Shown piece after piece: positions 42,408 to 56,760 of a DNA stretch of 64,000 nt; the first letter of the stretch is position 1; each line of letters begins with the position of its first letter. The stretch is taken from NCBI GenBank assembly GCA_964016885.1, contig OZ024754.1, positions 44,206,001-44,270,000 on the forward strand, written 5' to 3'. The notes beneath the pieces were generated by a model. The model was not told the origin of the DNA, made no database searches, and saw only the letters and a program-made list of their open reading frames with translations. Source of the DNA: Eledone cirrhosa. Taxonomy: Eukaryota. A program made the position numbers and the translations under genes.

Positions 42408-42802
42408 TGTATATATATACATATATGCATATAAACGCATATGTATATGCATATAAACGCATTTATATATATACATAAATATATATATATAATATTTTTA
42501 TTAAGGGGTTAACCAAACAAGGATGTGTGGATCACATAATGGCCTGTCGCTTGTGAAATAGATAAAAGAAAGCGCTCAACGATCTGTTACGAGGCCATAT
42601 TCATTTGGTTTTGGTTTATCAAAATCCGTATTTCGCTGAGGACTCAGTTTTGACAGCCGGAGCTCCTCAGACGTGACACTTATAAAACAATGAAATATTA
42701 TTTTTAAAAAAAAACCCCTTTAAATTCGGAAATAGTTTACTTTTCTTGATACAAGGGACCGACCGGACGTGTGATGTTACTTCCTCAAATGTCGGCGCCT
42801 TG

Positions 42803-42879
<77 letters not shown>

Positions 42880-42904
42880 AAGTGTTTCCGTAGGAAAGGT
42901 AAAG

Positions 42905-43095
42905 GAAAGGAGAGTGCTCTATGTAGGGTACAGATCTTTTTAGTTATGTAATAAACAACATAAGGCAACTATTCCATTTACCAAAGGTTTCACGAAGACA
43001 GACGACAGACGAGCCTGATACAGACGAGACGTCTGAAATCGTTCATCAGAATGAGATATTCATTTGAAGTGGATAAATTATCTCATTCTGATGAA

Positions 43096-43099
<4 letters not shown>
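42905..43099 (-). mobile_element. Family E-related cassette with hammerhead (42975-43053) and a short inverted head
   Basis: Minus strand reads catt CTGATGA acga...tcgt GAAA cc-ttt-gg TA aatg; tail ttatgttgtttattacataacta shared with 19680; inverted tctcattctgatgaacga at 43081. Confidence 0.75.
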
Positions 43100-43160
<61 letters not shown>

Positions 43161-43656
43161 TTATTCCGGGTTGAATCTGAGGTATAGATAGATAGATAGA
43201 TAGATATCTGGACCTGTAATTCCAGGTGGAGTGGCTGTAGCGCCCACGTGACGTTGGACGTGCTTTGGTATTCTAAGTCTGTTGAAACTTACTGTCCTGA
43301 TAGAGAGGAAGAAACGATCTACTATTTGATTGGTACTTTATTTATCGACCTCAAATGTATGAAAGTTGAAATCAGCGGGATTTTAACTCCGAGTGAAGAG
43401 AATCGGAACGAATACAGCAAAACATTTCATCTGACGTATACACATACACACACACACACATACACACACACACAAACACACATACATACACATACACACA
43501 CACACACACAAACACACATACATACAGATACACACACACAAACACACATACATACACATACATACACACACATACACACACACACACAAACACACATACA
43601 TACACATACACACACACAAATACACATTCATACACATACACACATACATACACATA

Positions 43657-43707
<51 letters not shown>

Positions 43708-44168
43708 ATACATACACATACACACATACATACACATACACACATACACACACACAAACACACATACATACACACAAACACACATACATACACATACACA
43801 CATACATACACACACATACACACACATACATACACACATACACACATAGATACACATACACACATACATACACATACACACACACATATATACATACATA
43901 CACATACACACATACATACACATACACACATGCATACACATATACACACACACATATACACACATACACACAAACATTCACACACATAGATAAACATATG
44001 CACACTTGTGGTTGTTTTTGTTTTTGTTGTTGTTGTTCTCTTCTTCTTCTTCTTCTTTCTTCTCCACCCCCTCCTCCTCCCGTCTCCTCTTCACTACCAA
44101 TCTTATCCCTACCACATACATACATACATACATATATACATATATACATACATATATACATACATATA

Positions 44169-44267
<99 letters not shown>

Positions 44268-44893
44268 CCCTCACTCGTCTCCTCCTTTCCCTCTCTACCA
44301 ATTCTATCCCCACCCCAGGACAGTCCCCACCCCTGTCCAAGATATGATGACCCCCCCCCCCCCCCTCCAACACCACGGACCAATGTCCAGAATAAGGTCA
44401 GCAGTTTCACTGCAGCTAAATACTTCTTCACGTGCAGGGAAAGATTAGGAGGTACACACACACACACATAGACACACACATAGACACACACATAGACACA
44501 CACATAGACACACACACATAGACACACACATAGACACACACACATAGGCACACACATAGACACACACACATAGGCACACACATAGACACACATAGACACA
44601 CACATAGACACACACATAGACACACAGACACACATAGACACACACACACATATATAGACACACACACACACACATAGACAGGTTGATAGACACACACACA
44701 CACAACTAGACAGGTTGATAGACACACACACACACATAGACACACACACATAGACACACACACATAGGCACACACATAGACACACACATAGACACACACA
44801 CGCACATAGACACACACACACACATATAGACACACACATAGACACATAGACAGGTTGATAGACACACACACACACACCTAGACAGATTCATAG

Positions 44894-44924
<31 letters not shown>

Positions 44925-45547
44925 CACACACACGCATGCACTTAGATACATACATGCATACACACACACATATATATATATACATACACACACTATACAC
45001 TTACACATCGGCATGTATATACACTTATACACACATGTATATATACACTTATACACACATGTATATATACACTTATACACACAGGTATATATACACGTAC
45101 ACACACATGTATATACACGTACACATACACACACACATGAATGTATGTTGCAATTTTACGCCCCACCGCCATCATAGTACACTCCTAATTTATACTAAAT
45201 CCTCCTTAAGTCAACCGGCTGTTTACATTTCTAGCTAAAGACTTAAAAGTCTTCTAAAAGACCTGTCCAGAGAGTCTTAAGTATAATGTTTAAGGCACTC
45301 GCCCGATATCCCTGAGATGCAGGGTTTCACAAGTCTCTCTGGCCATTTTTTCTATCCTCAGGGGTACTCTACCCGATAAACACATATATAAATAATTCGA
45401 AGTTAGAAAGCCACGACAATGGAGGTTTGGGCGGAATCCTAAGAAGCAGGGGTTGTTTTTTTTTATCTTAATTTATTGATAAGTCCTGATATTTCGAGAT
45501 TGATATCTCTTCTTCCGGGGAAAATAAAGGAACTATTCCAGTGACCG

Positions 45548-45606
<59 letters not shown>

Positions 45607-45609
<3 letters not shown>

Positions 45610-45724
45610 CGAAGGAGTTGTGGTAAGGAACCAGATGGACCATGACGCACCAGAGTACTCAATACTCCAGTCCAGAAATAGCCGTCGAAACGGCTTGAGC
45701 TCTGCCGTTGGGGTCATACATTTT

Positions 45725-45730
<6 letters not shown>
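45607..45730. mobile_element. Deleted family A cassette in (TA)n
   Basis: aacgaaggagttgtggtaagg...gtactcaatac, then cagtccagaaatagccgtcGAAAcggcttgagctc. Confidence 0.8.
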
Positions 45731-45788
<58 letters not shown>

Positions 45789-45819
45789 CATATATATATA
45801 TCATCATCACTAATACCTC

Positions 45820-46480
45820 CACCACCACTAATACCTCCACCACTCTATATATATACACCACACCACCACTAATACCTCCACCACACTATATACACCACAC
45901 CACCACTAATACCTCCACCACTCTATATACACCACACCACCACTAATACCTCCACCACACTATATACACCACACCACCACTAATACCTCCACCACTCTAT
46001 ATACACCACACCACCACTAATACCTCCACCACACTATATACACCACACCACCACTAATACCTCCACCACTCTATATACACCACACCACCACTAATACCTC
46101 CACCACACTATATACACCACACCACCACTAATACCTCCACCACACTATATACACCACACCACCACTAATACCTCCACCACACTATATACACCACACCACC
46201 ACTAATACCTCCACCACACTATATACACCACACCACCACTCTATATACACCACACCACCACTAATACCTCCACCACTCTATATACACCACACCACCACTA
46301 ATACCTCCACCACACTATATACACCACACCACCACTAATACCTCCACCACACTATATACACCACACCACCACTAATACCTCCACCACACTATATACACCA
46401 CACCACCACTCTATATACACCACACCACCACTAATACCTCCACCACACTATATACACCACACCACCACTCTATATATACA
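45820..46480 (+). repeat. 37-bp minisatellite (actaatacctccaccacactatatacaccacaccacc)
   Basis: Period 37 (for example 45905 and 45942). Confidence 0.9.
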
Positions 46481-46635
46481 CTACTCAATATAAAACATAC
46501 ACCACTAATTCCTTCTTATTCTGTCCAAGAGTTAACCAAACTTCACCGATCTGAAACCTTCCATCCATTAGCAGTAGTGTTGGTCGTATTCCATTAGCTG
46601 CGATGTTGATGGTATTGAGAGTAAAGTGCAGTGTG

Positions 46636-46703
<68 letters not shown>

Positions 46704-46711
46704 CATACATA

Positions 46712-46745
<34 letters not shown>

Positions 46746-46859
46746 TATATGTATGTATGTGACAGCGCGGGGCGAAGAGGTGACACATCTTGTCACATGT
46801 AATTTCCTATATTTCTGCTTGTCTAATTGTCAAAACCATCTTTTGTTGTTAGTCGGCCA

Positions 46860-47483
46860 TATTGTTTCTAATTTAAGTACAAGGCCAGCACATTTTGAGG
46901 AAGCGGGAAAGCGATTATATCGATTCCCAGTACTTAACTGATACTGTATTTTATCGATCCCATAAGGACCGAAGGCAAATTGACCTCGGCGGGATTAGAA
47001 CCCAGAACGTAGAAAGTCGAAACTATAAACTGCGAAGCATATTGTTCGACGCTTGACCAATGATATAAATAATTGTTTCTACTTTAGGCGCAAGGTCAGT
47101 AATTTTTTGAAGAGGGGGAAAGTCGATTAAATCGACCCAGTACATTACTGGTACTTTATTTTATCGTGCCTGTAAGGATGAAAGGCAAAGTTAACCTCGG
47201 CAGGATTTGAACTCAGATCGTAAAGGGCTGTAACTCTATGCTATAAAGCATGTTGTCCGATTCTCTACCGATACTGCCAATCCACCGCCCTAATAATAAT
47301 TGTTTCTACTTTTGGCACAAGGCCAGCAGTTATTCCAGTGTATTACTGGTACTTTATTTTATCGACCCCCGTAAGGATGAAAGGCAAAGTTAACCTCGGC
47401 CGGATTTGAACTCAGAACACAAAGGAGCGTAACTCTATGCCGTGAAGCATGGTGTCCGACGCTCTACCGAAACTGCCAATCCA
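46860..47483 (-). mobile_element. Three head-to-tail Nin/Deu SINEs
   Basis: Copies at about 46860-47060, 47070-47290 and 47298-47483. Confidence 0.85.
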
Positions 47484-47805
47484 AAGTAATGGCATAGAGA
47501 AATGGTGGTAAGTTGGCAGGATGAAACAGTAATCGGTCTCCATTGCTCATTTCAAAGAACCTGAAATATTTATCACAACAAAGTAATTTGTGAACCAAGG
47601 TTTCGTTGATTACAGCTTTCCGACCAGCCAATCACTTCTGACCAGCCAATCACTTCTGATCAGCCAATCACTGATTCATTGCCTTTACAAAGACGAAAGA
47701 GATAATTGAACAGTTGATCAGCTAGGCTAGAAAGAATGGCAACAAGTATTCTTGTTTATCGATTTTTCTTGAAGTTGTTTACATCTTTAGACGAGATATA
47801 CATAC

Positions 47806-47875
<70 letters not shown>

Positions 47876-48480
47876 CATACCCTCTCCACACACACATATA
47901 TATATATATAGTAATAATAATAAATGCGATGACTAAAATCCAAAGAGGGCTCGATAAGGATAAATATATATCAAATATGTAAGAACCCTAGCACAAATAT
48001 TTATTAAAATAACAAATTAAAGTTTAAGCAAAGAATCGCTGCTTTCCTCCTTAACGGGATCTCCTTATCGAGCCCTCTTCGGATTTTAGTCTTCACATTA
48101 CTGAGGGGTTATTTACGAGGTTACTTAGTCTGTGGAAAATCTTCCAGTGAAAACAGTATCTAGGTGTATTTGAAAGAATGATAGAAAGAGGGAATCGAAC
48201 CTAGATAAAAGTAAGATCATAATTATGAAGTACCAAGTCAGATTTTGATAGTAAACCGTTTCATTTGACCTTCCAATATCTCACTTCTCTGCAACAACTC
48301 GAAAAATTCAAACACACATTGCTAACATAACTAACTTTGCCAAATCTCATTCCAGACTGCAATCTCGGAATTGCACAGTGCATGAAGAGTGAGGGGGGGG
48401 GGGGGGACTAGTTTCAACTATCTATCTATTAATTTCTCTCTCTTCTCTCGCTTCTTCCCTCTTTATCCATCCAGCTATCC

Positions 48481-48543
<63 letters not shown>

Positions 48544-48573
48544 AATCTATCTACACTTCTCTCTCTCTCTCGC

Positions 48574-48612
<39 letters not shown>

Positions 48613-49259
48613 TCAAGAACATCATAGAAAAACACACTGGGTGAGGTCCATACAATTTTTCATAAAGGTTTTAACAACAAAAGAATTTCATTTCTATTTT
48701 CAAAGTGAAATTGTTTCATCGTAAATAAATAAAAACTGAGAGAAAGGTGATGAAATAACGATTGTGGGGAATTTAATAATTTCGAATACTCCTTATGCGT
48801 TAATCATTAAATACAAGTGCAAATGTTCCTTTGGAAATCACACAAAAAATAACCCCCCCCCCCCCCCCCCCCACCAAAAAAAAAAATCCGAGAAAAAAAA
48901 TTAAAATCCCTAAACAAAAAAAAAGAACAAAAAAAAAAATCTGTTCCTATCTTAAAAACTAAATCTATGGGTGGAGTGTTGTGTTATGTTCTTTGCTAGA
49001 ACACAGTGTCATCCATATTACATTTTAGGGGGATTATTATAAAGAGACCCAAGCCAGTTGATTGGTAGAATCGTTAGATGGTTCGACAAAAATGTTTTGC
49101 AGTGTTTGTTAACAACTCGTTACTCCCCGAGTTCAAATTCCACCGACATCCTCTTTGTCTTTTATTTTTCCGGGGTCGATAAAAAGACGTCAGTAAATAA
49201 CTGGGGCCGATGTAATCGATTTTCCCCTCTCCTCGTCAACATTTCTGACGTTTTGCTTC

Positions 49260-49620
49260 AATTAGAACGACTCCATGCATGCATGGTTTCGTAATTCCTG
49301 ATAGAGTCGTAGGGGTGCCATATTGATATACGGCGTTTCTTGAGCATTTTAAGCCTGGCAGAGCCCCTCCCTCTCCAGGCCCGAGTACAGCAGATTTCTT
49401 CCAGAGAAAGATAGAAAGTGAGAGAGAAGAAATGAGAAAGAGATATAGAGGAAGAATCGACCCCAGTATTAGACTGGTACTTTTTTATCGACCTCGAAAG
49501 GATGAAAGGCAAAGTTGACTAATGTGGGATTTGAACTCAGAGATGAGAGAGCCGGAACGAATACCATAAAGTATTCTATCAGACGTTCTAAAGACTCTGA
49601 CAATACACCGCCTATAGAAC
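49260..49620 (-). mobile_element. Nin/Deu SINE subfamily with extended 3' tail
   Basis: Core plus gtcgtagggg..cagcagatttcttccagagaaag tail, shared with 51985-52355 and 34410-34570. Confidence 0.75.
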
Positions 49621-50209
49621 GATTCCATCGATACATTGAAAGGATAAATGTATCGATGTCGTCGTGATCGACTGCATGCCGTGGATAATTTAAACATGGC
49701 AGAACACATTCCCCATTCCAGGTCGATTTCTTCTTCCAGAGAAAGAGAGAGGGAGTGCAAGAGCAAGAGCGAGAGAACGTGGTAGAGAGGAAGTGAGTGA
49801 GTGAGTGAGTGAGTGAGTGAGAGGGGTAGTGAGAGAGGAAGTGAGGAAGAGGGAGAACGTGATAGAGAGGAAGTGAGTGAGAGAGAGAGAGAGTGAGAGT
49901 GAGAGAAAAAAGAGTGAGAGGGGTAGTGAGAGAGGAAGTGAGTGAGAGAGAGAGAGAGTGAGAGTGAGAGAAAAAAGAGTGAGAGGGGTAGTGAGAGAGG
50001 AAGTGAGGAAGAGAGAGAACGTGATAGAGAGGAAGTGAGTGAGAGAGAGAGTGAGAAAAAGTGTGAGAGGGTTAGTGAGAGAGAAAGTGGGAGAGAGTGA
50101 GAAAAAGTGTGAGAGGGTTAGTGAGAGAGAAAGTGGGAGAGAGAGAGGGGTATAGAGTAGAAATTAGAGAGAAAGAGAGAGAGAGAGAGAGATAGAGTTG
50201 AAGTGAGGA

Positions 50210-50292
<83 letters not shown>

Positions 50293-50929
50293 AGGATAGA
50301 GTAGGTGTGAGAGAGAGAAAGGAGGTAGAGTAGAAGTGAGAAAGGGAAAGGGAGAGGGGGAATAATCTATTCCCAGTATTTAACTGGTACATTTTTATCG
50401 ACCTTCAAAGAATGAAAAGCAAAGTTCAGCTGAGCAGGTTTTGTACTCAGAAAACACAAAGAGCTGGAAAGAAACATGGCGTCCTATCTGACGCTATGTT
50501 CTAACGACTTTATTAATTCACCAACTATTTCAAAGGACATATAACACGTAAAATAGAGGATGTTGACAAATGAAATGGCAGCACGTCCCTAAGGTAATAT
50601 GGCTGACGTGACGTCAGCGTACATTAACCGGATGTACTGTCCGAACGCAACTGGTCAACTGTATGAATTGGATGTATTTTTCTGAAGGGACATTTTGAAA
50701 TTGTGGTTATGAGATAATAGCTGACAGTTTGCTTATTTTTTATAATTATGTATTGACGCTAATAACGCATTTCTGTATATCTACCTATCTATCAATACTA
50801 CCCCCCCTCCTCTCTGTGTCTGTCTATCTCTCTCTCTCTCTCTCTCTCTGTATATATATATACATATACATACACACACACACATATATATATATATATA
50901 CACACACATATATATATATATATATATAA

Positions 50930-51131
50930 TTTAATATAGAAATGGCTTCTACAGGACTAGAACTGTTTCATTCGAAAGAAATCATCAGGAAAGCCCGGAG
51001 TTTCCTGATGATTTCTTTCGAATGAAACAGTTCTAGTCCTGTAGAAGCCATTTCTATATTAAATTTTGTATATACTGTACGAATGAATTGAGTACTTCAC
51101 TTACTGTGGTTACCCCCGATTGAACCCGGGA

Positions 51132-51135
<4 letters not shown>
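50930..51135. mobile_element. Family B foldback with two hammerheads with intact cores
   Basis: Plus strand gtttc CTGATGA (51005) tttctttcgaat GAAA cag-ttctagtc-ctg TA gaagc; mirror copy at 50944-50995; tail with ttgagtac. Confidence 0.85.
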
Positions 51136-51190
<55 letters not shown>

Positions 51191-51247
51191 TGGCTGCCAA
51201 CTCGTTTTCGAGTACGGCCACTACCTTATATCCATGTAGGAGAACCC

Positions 51248-51345
51248 CTACTGATGCGCTGAACGAGTGTGACTTTTTAGTCCAGCCAACGACTTGAAAA
51301 CTCTGGTACAAACACTACACTTGTGACAATTATTGACACATAGTG
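51248..51345 (-). mobile_element. C2H2 finger fragment, likely an RTE LINE end
   Basis: HKCSVCTRVFKSLAGLKSHTRSAHQ*. Confidence 0.5.
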
Positions 51346-51347
51346 CT

Positions 51348-51400
<53 letters not shown>

Positions 51401-51676
51401 GCATTCATGTATGTTTACACAGAAGAACCCCGCCCGCCCTCCCGCCATATGTATATATATATATATATATGTAAATATCATATTTCGACATTTCTTTTCA
51501 CCTGTTGTTCTGCTAATAACATGTAGAAAAATACACAAAAGCAGGCACGTAAGATCTTATATTTGTAAACGTATGATACTTAGCTACTGGTATCTCTTTT
51601 CATAAATTGTTGTAGTCCAAATAACCGTTGCCTCTAGAATTCATATAGAATTCAGCAGATCAAAAGACCCCTTTAT

Positions 51677-51750
<74 letters not shown>

Positions 51751-51984
51751 GATTTCAGAGATACACAACGAATATTCCGAACTTTTCTATACAACCTTCT
51801 AACGACTTTGTCAATTCAATGTCTCCTGTTCAGTCTATAGATTAATATTCAATTGATTTATCTATCAGCAAAAAACTAATGTTATGCAAATCGGAATTTC
51901 CAGTTTGATATTACAAACATATTTAGTGTACTGATAAAGTCATTAGTTGTGTAGTTTTTCGTGGTCAGAATTGAGTATATGTAT

Positions 51985-52111
51985 GTATGGTCTCGTAACT
52001 TCTCATAAAGTCGTAGGGGCGCAGTATATACAGCGCTTCTTGGGTATATTAAGCCTGGTGGAGCCCAACCCTCTCCACGTCTGAATACAGCAGATTTCTT
52101 CCAGAGAAAGA

Positions 52112-52151
<40 letters not shown>

Positions 52152-52355
52152 AAGAGAGAGAGAAAGTAAATGAGAAAGAGATATAGAGGAAGAATCCACA
52201 GACACCCCAGTACTAGACTGGTACTTTTTATTATCGACCTCGAAAGGATGAAAGGCAAAGTTGGCTTCGACTAGATTTGAGCTCAGCGAGTAGGGAGTTG
52301 GAACAAATACCATAAAATATTCTATCTGACGTTCTAACGACTCTGCCAATTCACC
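51985..52355 (-). mobile_element. Nin/Deu SINE with extended tail
   Basis: Homologous to 49260-49620. Confidence 0.75.
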
Positions 52356-53256
52356 TATTGAGCATACTATCTCCATCTCTCCCCATCTCTCTCCGTCTCT
52401 CTCCCTCTCTCGCTCTCTTCAACTACGTGATCTTTTTCAAAGATTTAGACTATTTTGTTACAGTAACGCACGTCTTAAAGTTATAAATGCTACAACATTC
52501 AGTAGTTTTTCCCATAAAGGTCCCGCGTTCAAATCTTGCCTTGCCAAACGAAATAAGTAATTAGACTTACAAAAATATTTACTCACCGTATTTTGGAAGA
52601 GCATTCAAAACATTGTCATTTGCACCGGAACTGTCTAAAGTGGACAGTGGCCATTTTGTTTTTATATATATATTCTTTGGTTTGTCTTTTAAATTCTACA
52701 TTTTGTTTCGGTTGTATTTATTATGGGTTTTTTTCATTTAATTTACACGAAGTATAGTTTATAAAACATTTATGACATAACAACACGTAATAGTTCTGTT
52801 CAAATACAGTTGTATATCTAATGTAATATTTCGATTACTGTATGGTAATATAGAAAATAAAACTATTGCACTGAAGCAATATTGCAATAGACTACGATAT
52901 TAGGTTTGTCCAAGCGTAATCCTGTTATGTTATTTTATCTTCTTCTTAATGACATAAGCGACCACACTTTCATCTACTTATTTAATTTGTTGCTTTCAGA
53001 TAAAAAGAAAAAGGAAAACAGAAAAAAAAACAGCCTCATCTAAAATGTGTCTAAATCTCATGAAAGTCGGTGAATGTTCTGAATATATAGTATTGAGGTG
53101 AATATGAATAAAACTGTCCCTGGATAGGATGACAAGCTATCACAAATTAATATTCCCCAAATGATAAGAAAGCTACTACAAGTACCTAAGTGGCTTTAAG
53201 TATATGGAATTAAGCCAAACTGCTTAAATATATAATATGGTATATGTTGTAGAAGT

Positions 53257-53288
<32 letters not shown>

Positions 53289-53405
53289 GCTGTATATTTC
53301 TACTCTTATGCACAAAATTGCATTGTTTAGGGCGTGGTTGAAGAGGAGAAGGGTTCTCTTCTTCATTCGGTCTACGTATTTCTTTTTCTTTGTGTACAGC
53401 TTTGC

Positions 53406-53505
<100 letters not shown>

Positions 53506-53554
53506 CTCTTTTACCTGTTCCAGCTATCCGGCTGAGGATATATATATATATATA

Positions 53555-53744
53555 TAACGAAGGAAATGTGGTAAGGAACCAGGTGGACCATAACGCACCA
53601 AAGTACTCAATACTTGAGGTAGTAGAGTGGGTAATAGGAACCAGTAAGACCCCGACAGCTGAGCTCAAGCCGTTTCGACGGCTAATTCAGTCCAGAATTA
53701 GCCGTCGAAACGGCTTGAGCTCAGCTGTCGGGGTCTTACTGGTT

Positions 53745-53750
<6 letters not shown>
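53555..53750. mobile_element. Family A foldback cassette (hammerhead 3' half on both strands)
   Basis: 55-bp perfect arms 53634-53688 / 53695-53749 around loop agtcca; gtc GAAA cggct-tgagctc-agctg TC ggggtc; (TA)n on both sides. Confidence 0.85.
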
Positions 53751-53815
<65 letters not shown>

Positions 53816-53885
53816 ATATATATATATATTGTATGTATATATTTATATATACATATTTATTTTAAGAATAGACAAGACGAAAACA

Positions 53886-53960
53886 GAGACGGATTCGAAC
53901 CATCGACCTAAGGATTACTACAACAATCCACAGTCCCCCGCTCTCACAACTATCGCCAAC
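53886..53960 (-). pseudogene. Intron-containing tRNA-Tyr-like pseudogene
   Basis: Minus strand reads GAGCGGGGGACTGTGG attgttgtagta ATCCTTAGGTCGATGGTTCGAATCCGTCTC, versus metazoan tRNA-Tyr GAGCGGAGGACTGTAG[intron]ATCCTTAGGTCGCTGGTTCGA; acceptor stem lost. Confidence 0.65.
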
Positions 53961-54084
53961 GCCTTCTCCAATAAAATCATATTTTGTATTTTGCGAGAGA
54001 CTTTCAATAATGACCAGAAGTTGACCCTAAATATTACTAATAACTCTAGGAAAGCCATGAACGCCACCACATCTTTTTAACTTT

Positions 54085-54402
54085 AATTTTGAAAGTAGAT
54101 TTATAATTATCAATTTTCGTTATACTTTCGTAGTTGTTTCAGTGACCGAGCAGGAGGAATCATAGACGGTGGTGATCCAGGTCTGAAGTTCGATCCTGGT
54201 CGGGAGTAGGGTTCCCGGAAAGCTTTTTCAGTTTTTTTTCTATGGGTTGTAAAATAAAAACTGAAAAAGGTTTCATGTACTTCTTGACCAGGATCGAACC
54301 CAAGACCAGGATCTCCATCGTCTCCAGTACCTACCACTAGACCGCAGAGACAACTACTAAAATGTTTTGAAAATACATACTTATAAACCTACTTTCAAAA
54401 TT
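54085..54402. mobile_element. Imperfect foldback with convergent tRNA-like Pol III units
   Basis: aattttgaaagtagatttataa / ttataaacctactttcaaaatt; B-boxes gttcgatcc at 54188 (+) and 54291-54299 (-); T-runs before the centre. Confidence 0.6.
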
Positions 54403-54479
54403 TTCAAAACAAAGTGTTGTGGGTGTCGTTCATTGGGTAACCTGGCCAGTCCGCCACTGTATATATATATATATATATA

Positions 54480-54549
54480 CAGTGTATCCCCCAAAATATA
54501 AACATTATTAGAATGCTGTTGAAGTGTGTATACATTTTTTGGGACACCT

Positions 54550-54551
<2 letters not shown>
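54480..54551. mobile_element. Tc1/mariner-type mini-MITE in (TA)n
   Basis: TA|cagtgtatcccccaaaatataaac ... gtgtatacattttttgggacaccttg|TA; a similar TIR begins at 63835. Confidence 0.6.
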
Positions 54552-54586
<35 letters not shown>

Positions 54587-54673
54587 CCTGGCATGTTATC
54601 ATTATGTCTGGTAGTGTGTGTATTTGTATGGAGAATGAATGTACAGTAAATGTAAATATACGTGTTTATATAG

Positions 54674-54712
<39 letters not shown>

Positions 54713-54757
54713 TCTCTCTCTCTCTGTTTGTGTGTGTGAGTCTCTGTCTTTGTTTGC

Positions 54758-54794
<37 letters not shown>

Positions 54795-55680
54795 AGAGTC
54801 TCTCTCTCTCTCTAGATATATATATATAGAGAGGGGGATAAACGTGTGTGACAGAGAAGGTGTTACTTGAATAAGAGAGTGAGAGGAATTTCTAGAATAT
54901 GTTGATGGCAACAGATAATAAGTATATATGTGTGGATGTGTAGTAGATACACACACATATACACTGACACACACACACTGACACATACATACTGACACAC
55001 ACACACATACACTCACATATACACACACACACACACTGACACACACACACATACACACACATATACACTGACACACACACTGACACTGAGTGATACACAC
55101 ACATACACACTGACACACACACACATACACTCACACATACACACACTGACACACATACACACACAGATACACACTGACACTGACACTGACACTGAGTGAT
55201 ACACACACATATATACACTGACACACACACTGACACATACACACTGACACACATACACATACACTCACACATACACACACTGACACACATACATACACAG
55301 ATATACACTGACACTGACACTGACACTGAGTGATACACACACATATATACACTGACACACACACTGACACATACACACTGACACACACATATATACACTG
55401 ACACACACTGACACACACACACATATATAACATCATATACATAAATATGTATGTATTTGTGATCATCATCATCATCATCTTCATCATCATCATCATCATC
55501 ATCCACAGAACCATCAGATGGGTGGTACTGTTCAAATACCGAAAATACCTCTCAAAACCTTTACCGTCAACAATTCGTCTGTCACGTGTTTATATCAAGA
55601 TGGAGATGTTAAATCTGTAAATTTCTTAACACGCACACACACACGCACACACACACGCACACACACACACACGCACACAC

Positions 55681-55776
<96 letters not shown>

Positions 55777-55833
55777 ACACGCACACACACGCACACACAC
55801 ACACACGCACACACACACGCACACACACACACA

Positions 55834-55885
<52 letters not shown>

Positions 55886-55902
55886 TATATATATATATAT
55901 AT

Positions 55903-56080
55903 AGGGCGGTGGATTGGCAGTATCGGTAGAGCGTCAGACACAATGCTTTGCAGCATGGAGTTAGGGTCCTTTACGTTCTGAGTTCAAATCGCGCCGAGAT
56001 TAACTTACGCCATTCATACTTACGGGGTCGATAAAATAAAGTACCAGTGATGTACTGGCGTTGTGCCAAAAGTAGAAATT
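55903..56080 (+). mobile_element. Nin/Deu SINE
   Basis: Full head, B-box and core. Confidence 0.85.
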
Positions 56081-56208
56081 ATTATATATATATGTAAGCA
56101 AGTATTGCACCAAGAAATATATAAACATCGGCAAGAAAGGAGATTAGGAATTTATTTGCTTTAACATATGTTTCTGCTGTATCCATTATAATAGTCTACA
56201 TGTGCTGA

Positions 56209-56288
<80 letters not shown>

Positions 56289-56291
<3 letters not shown>

Positions 56292-56453
56292 CGAAGGAAA
56301 TGTGGTAAGGAACCAGGTGGACCATAACGCACCAAAGTACTCAATACTTAGGGTAGTAGAGTGGGTAATTCTGGACGGCTAATTCTGGACTAAATTTAGT
56401 CCAGAATTAGCCGTCGAAACGGCTTGAGCTCAGCCGTCGGGGTCCTACTCGTT

Positions 56454-56458
<5 letters not shown>
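56289..56458. mobile_element. Family A cassette in (TA)n with extended palindrome
   Basis: gacggctaattctggactaaatttagtccagaattagccgtc GAAA cggcttgagctcagccg TC gggg. Confidence 0.85.
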
Positions 56459-56523
<65 letters not shown>

Positions 56524-56659
56524 ATTTGCTGGTACAGGTACATTTAAAACGCAAAATGCTATGATACTTTATGGTGGAGATAAACAGTTTCTATCTGAAC
56601 TTTATGGATTAAATTTACAGAGCAATTTAAAATAAAAACCCAGAAAAACTCACAGATTC

Positions 56660-56760
56660 AAATATGAAAATCTAACATTCTGGAGAAACTCTCAAAATTG
56701 AAGGATCTCGAAATTGAAATAAACAAGATGTGGATCAGGAAGTTAAAATTAGTTTAAGTC
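56660..56760 (+). mobile_element. Short R4/Dong-like remnant
   Basis: EKLSKLKDLEIEINKMW at 56683-56733 matches the EK..KYKDL.LEI.RM segment seen at about 10340. Confidence 0.55.
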
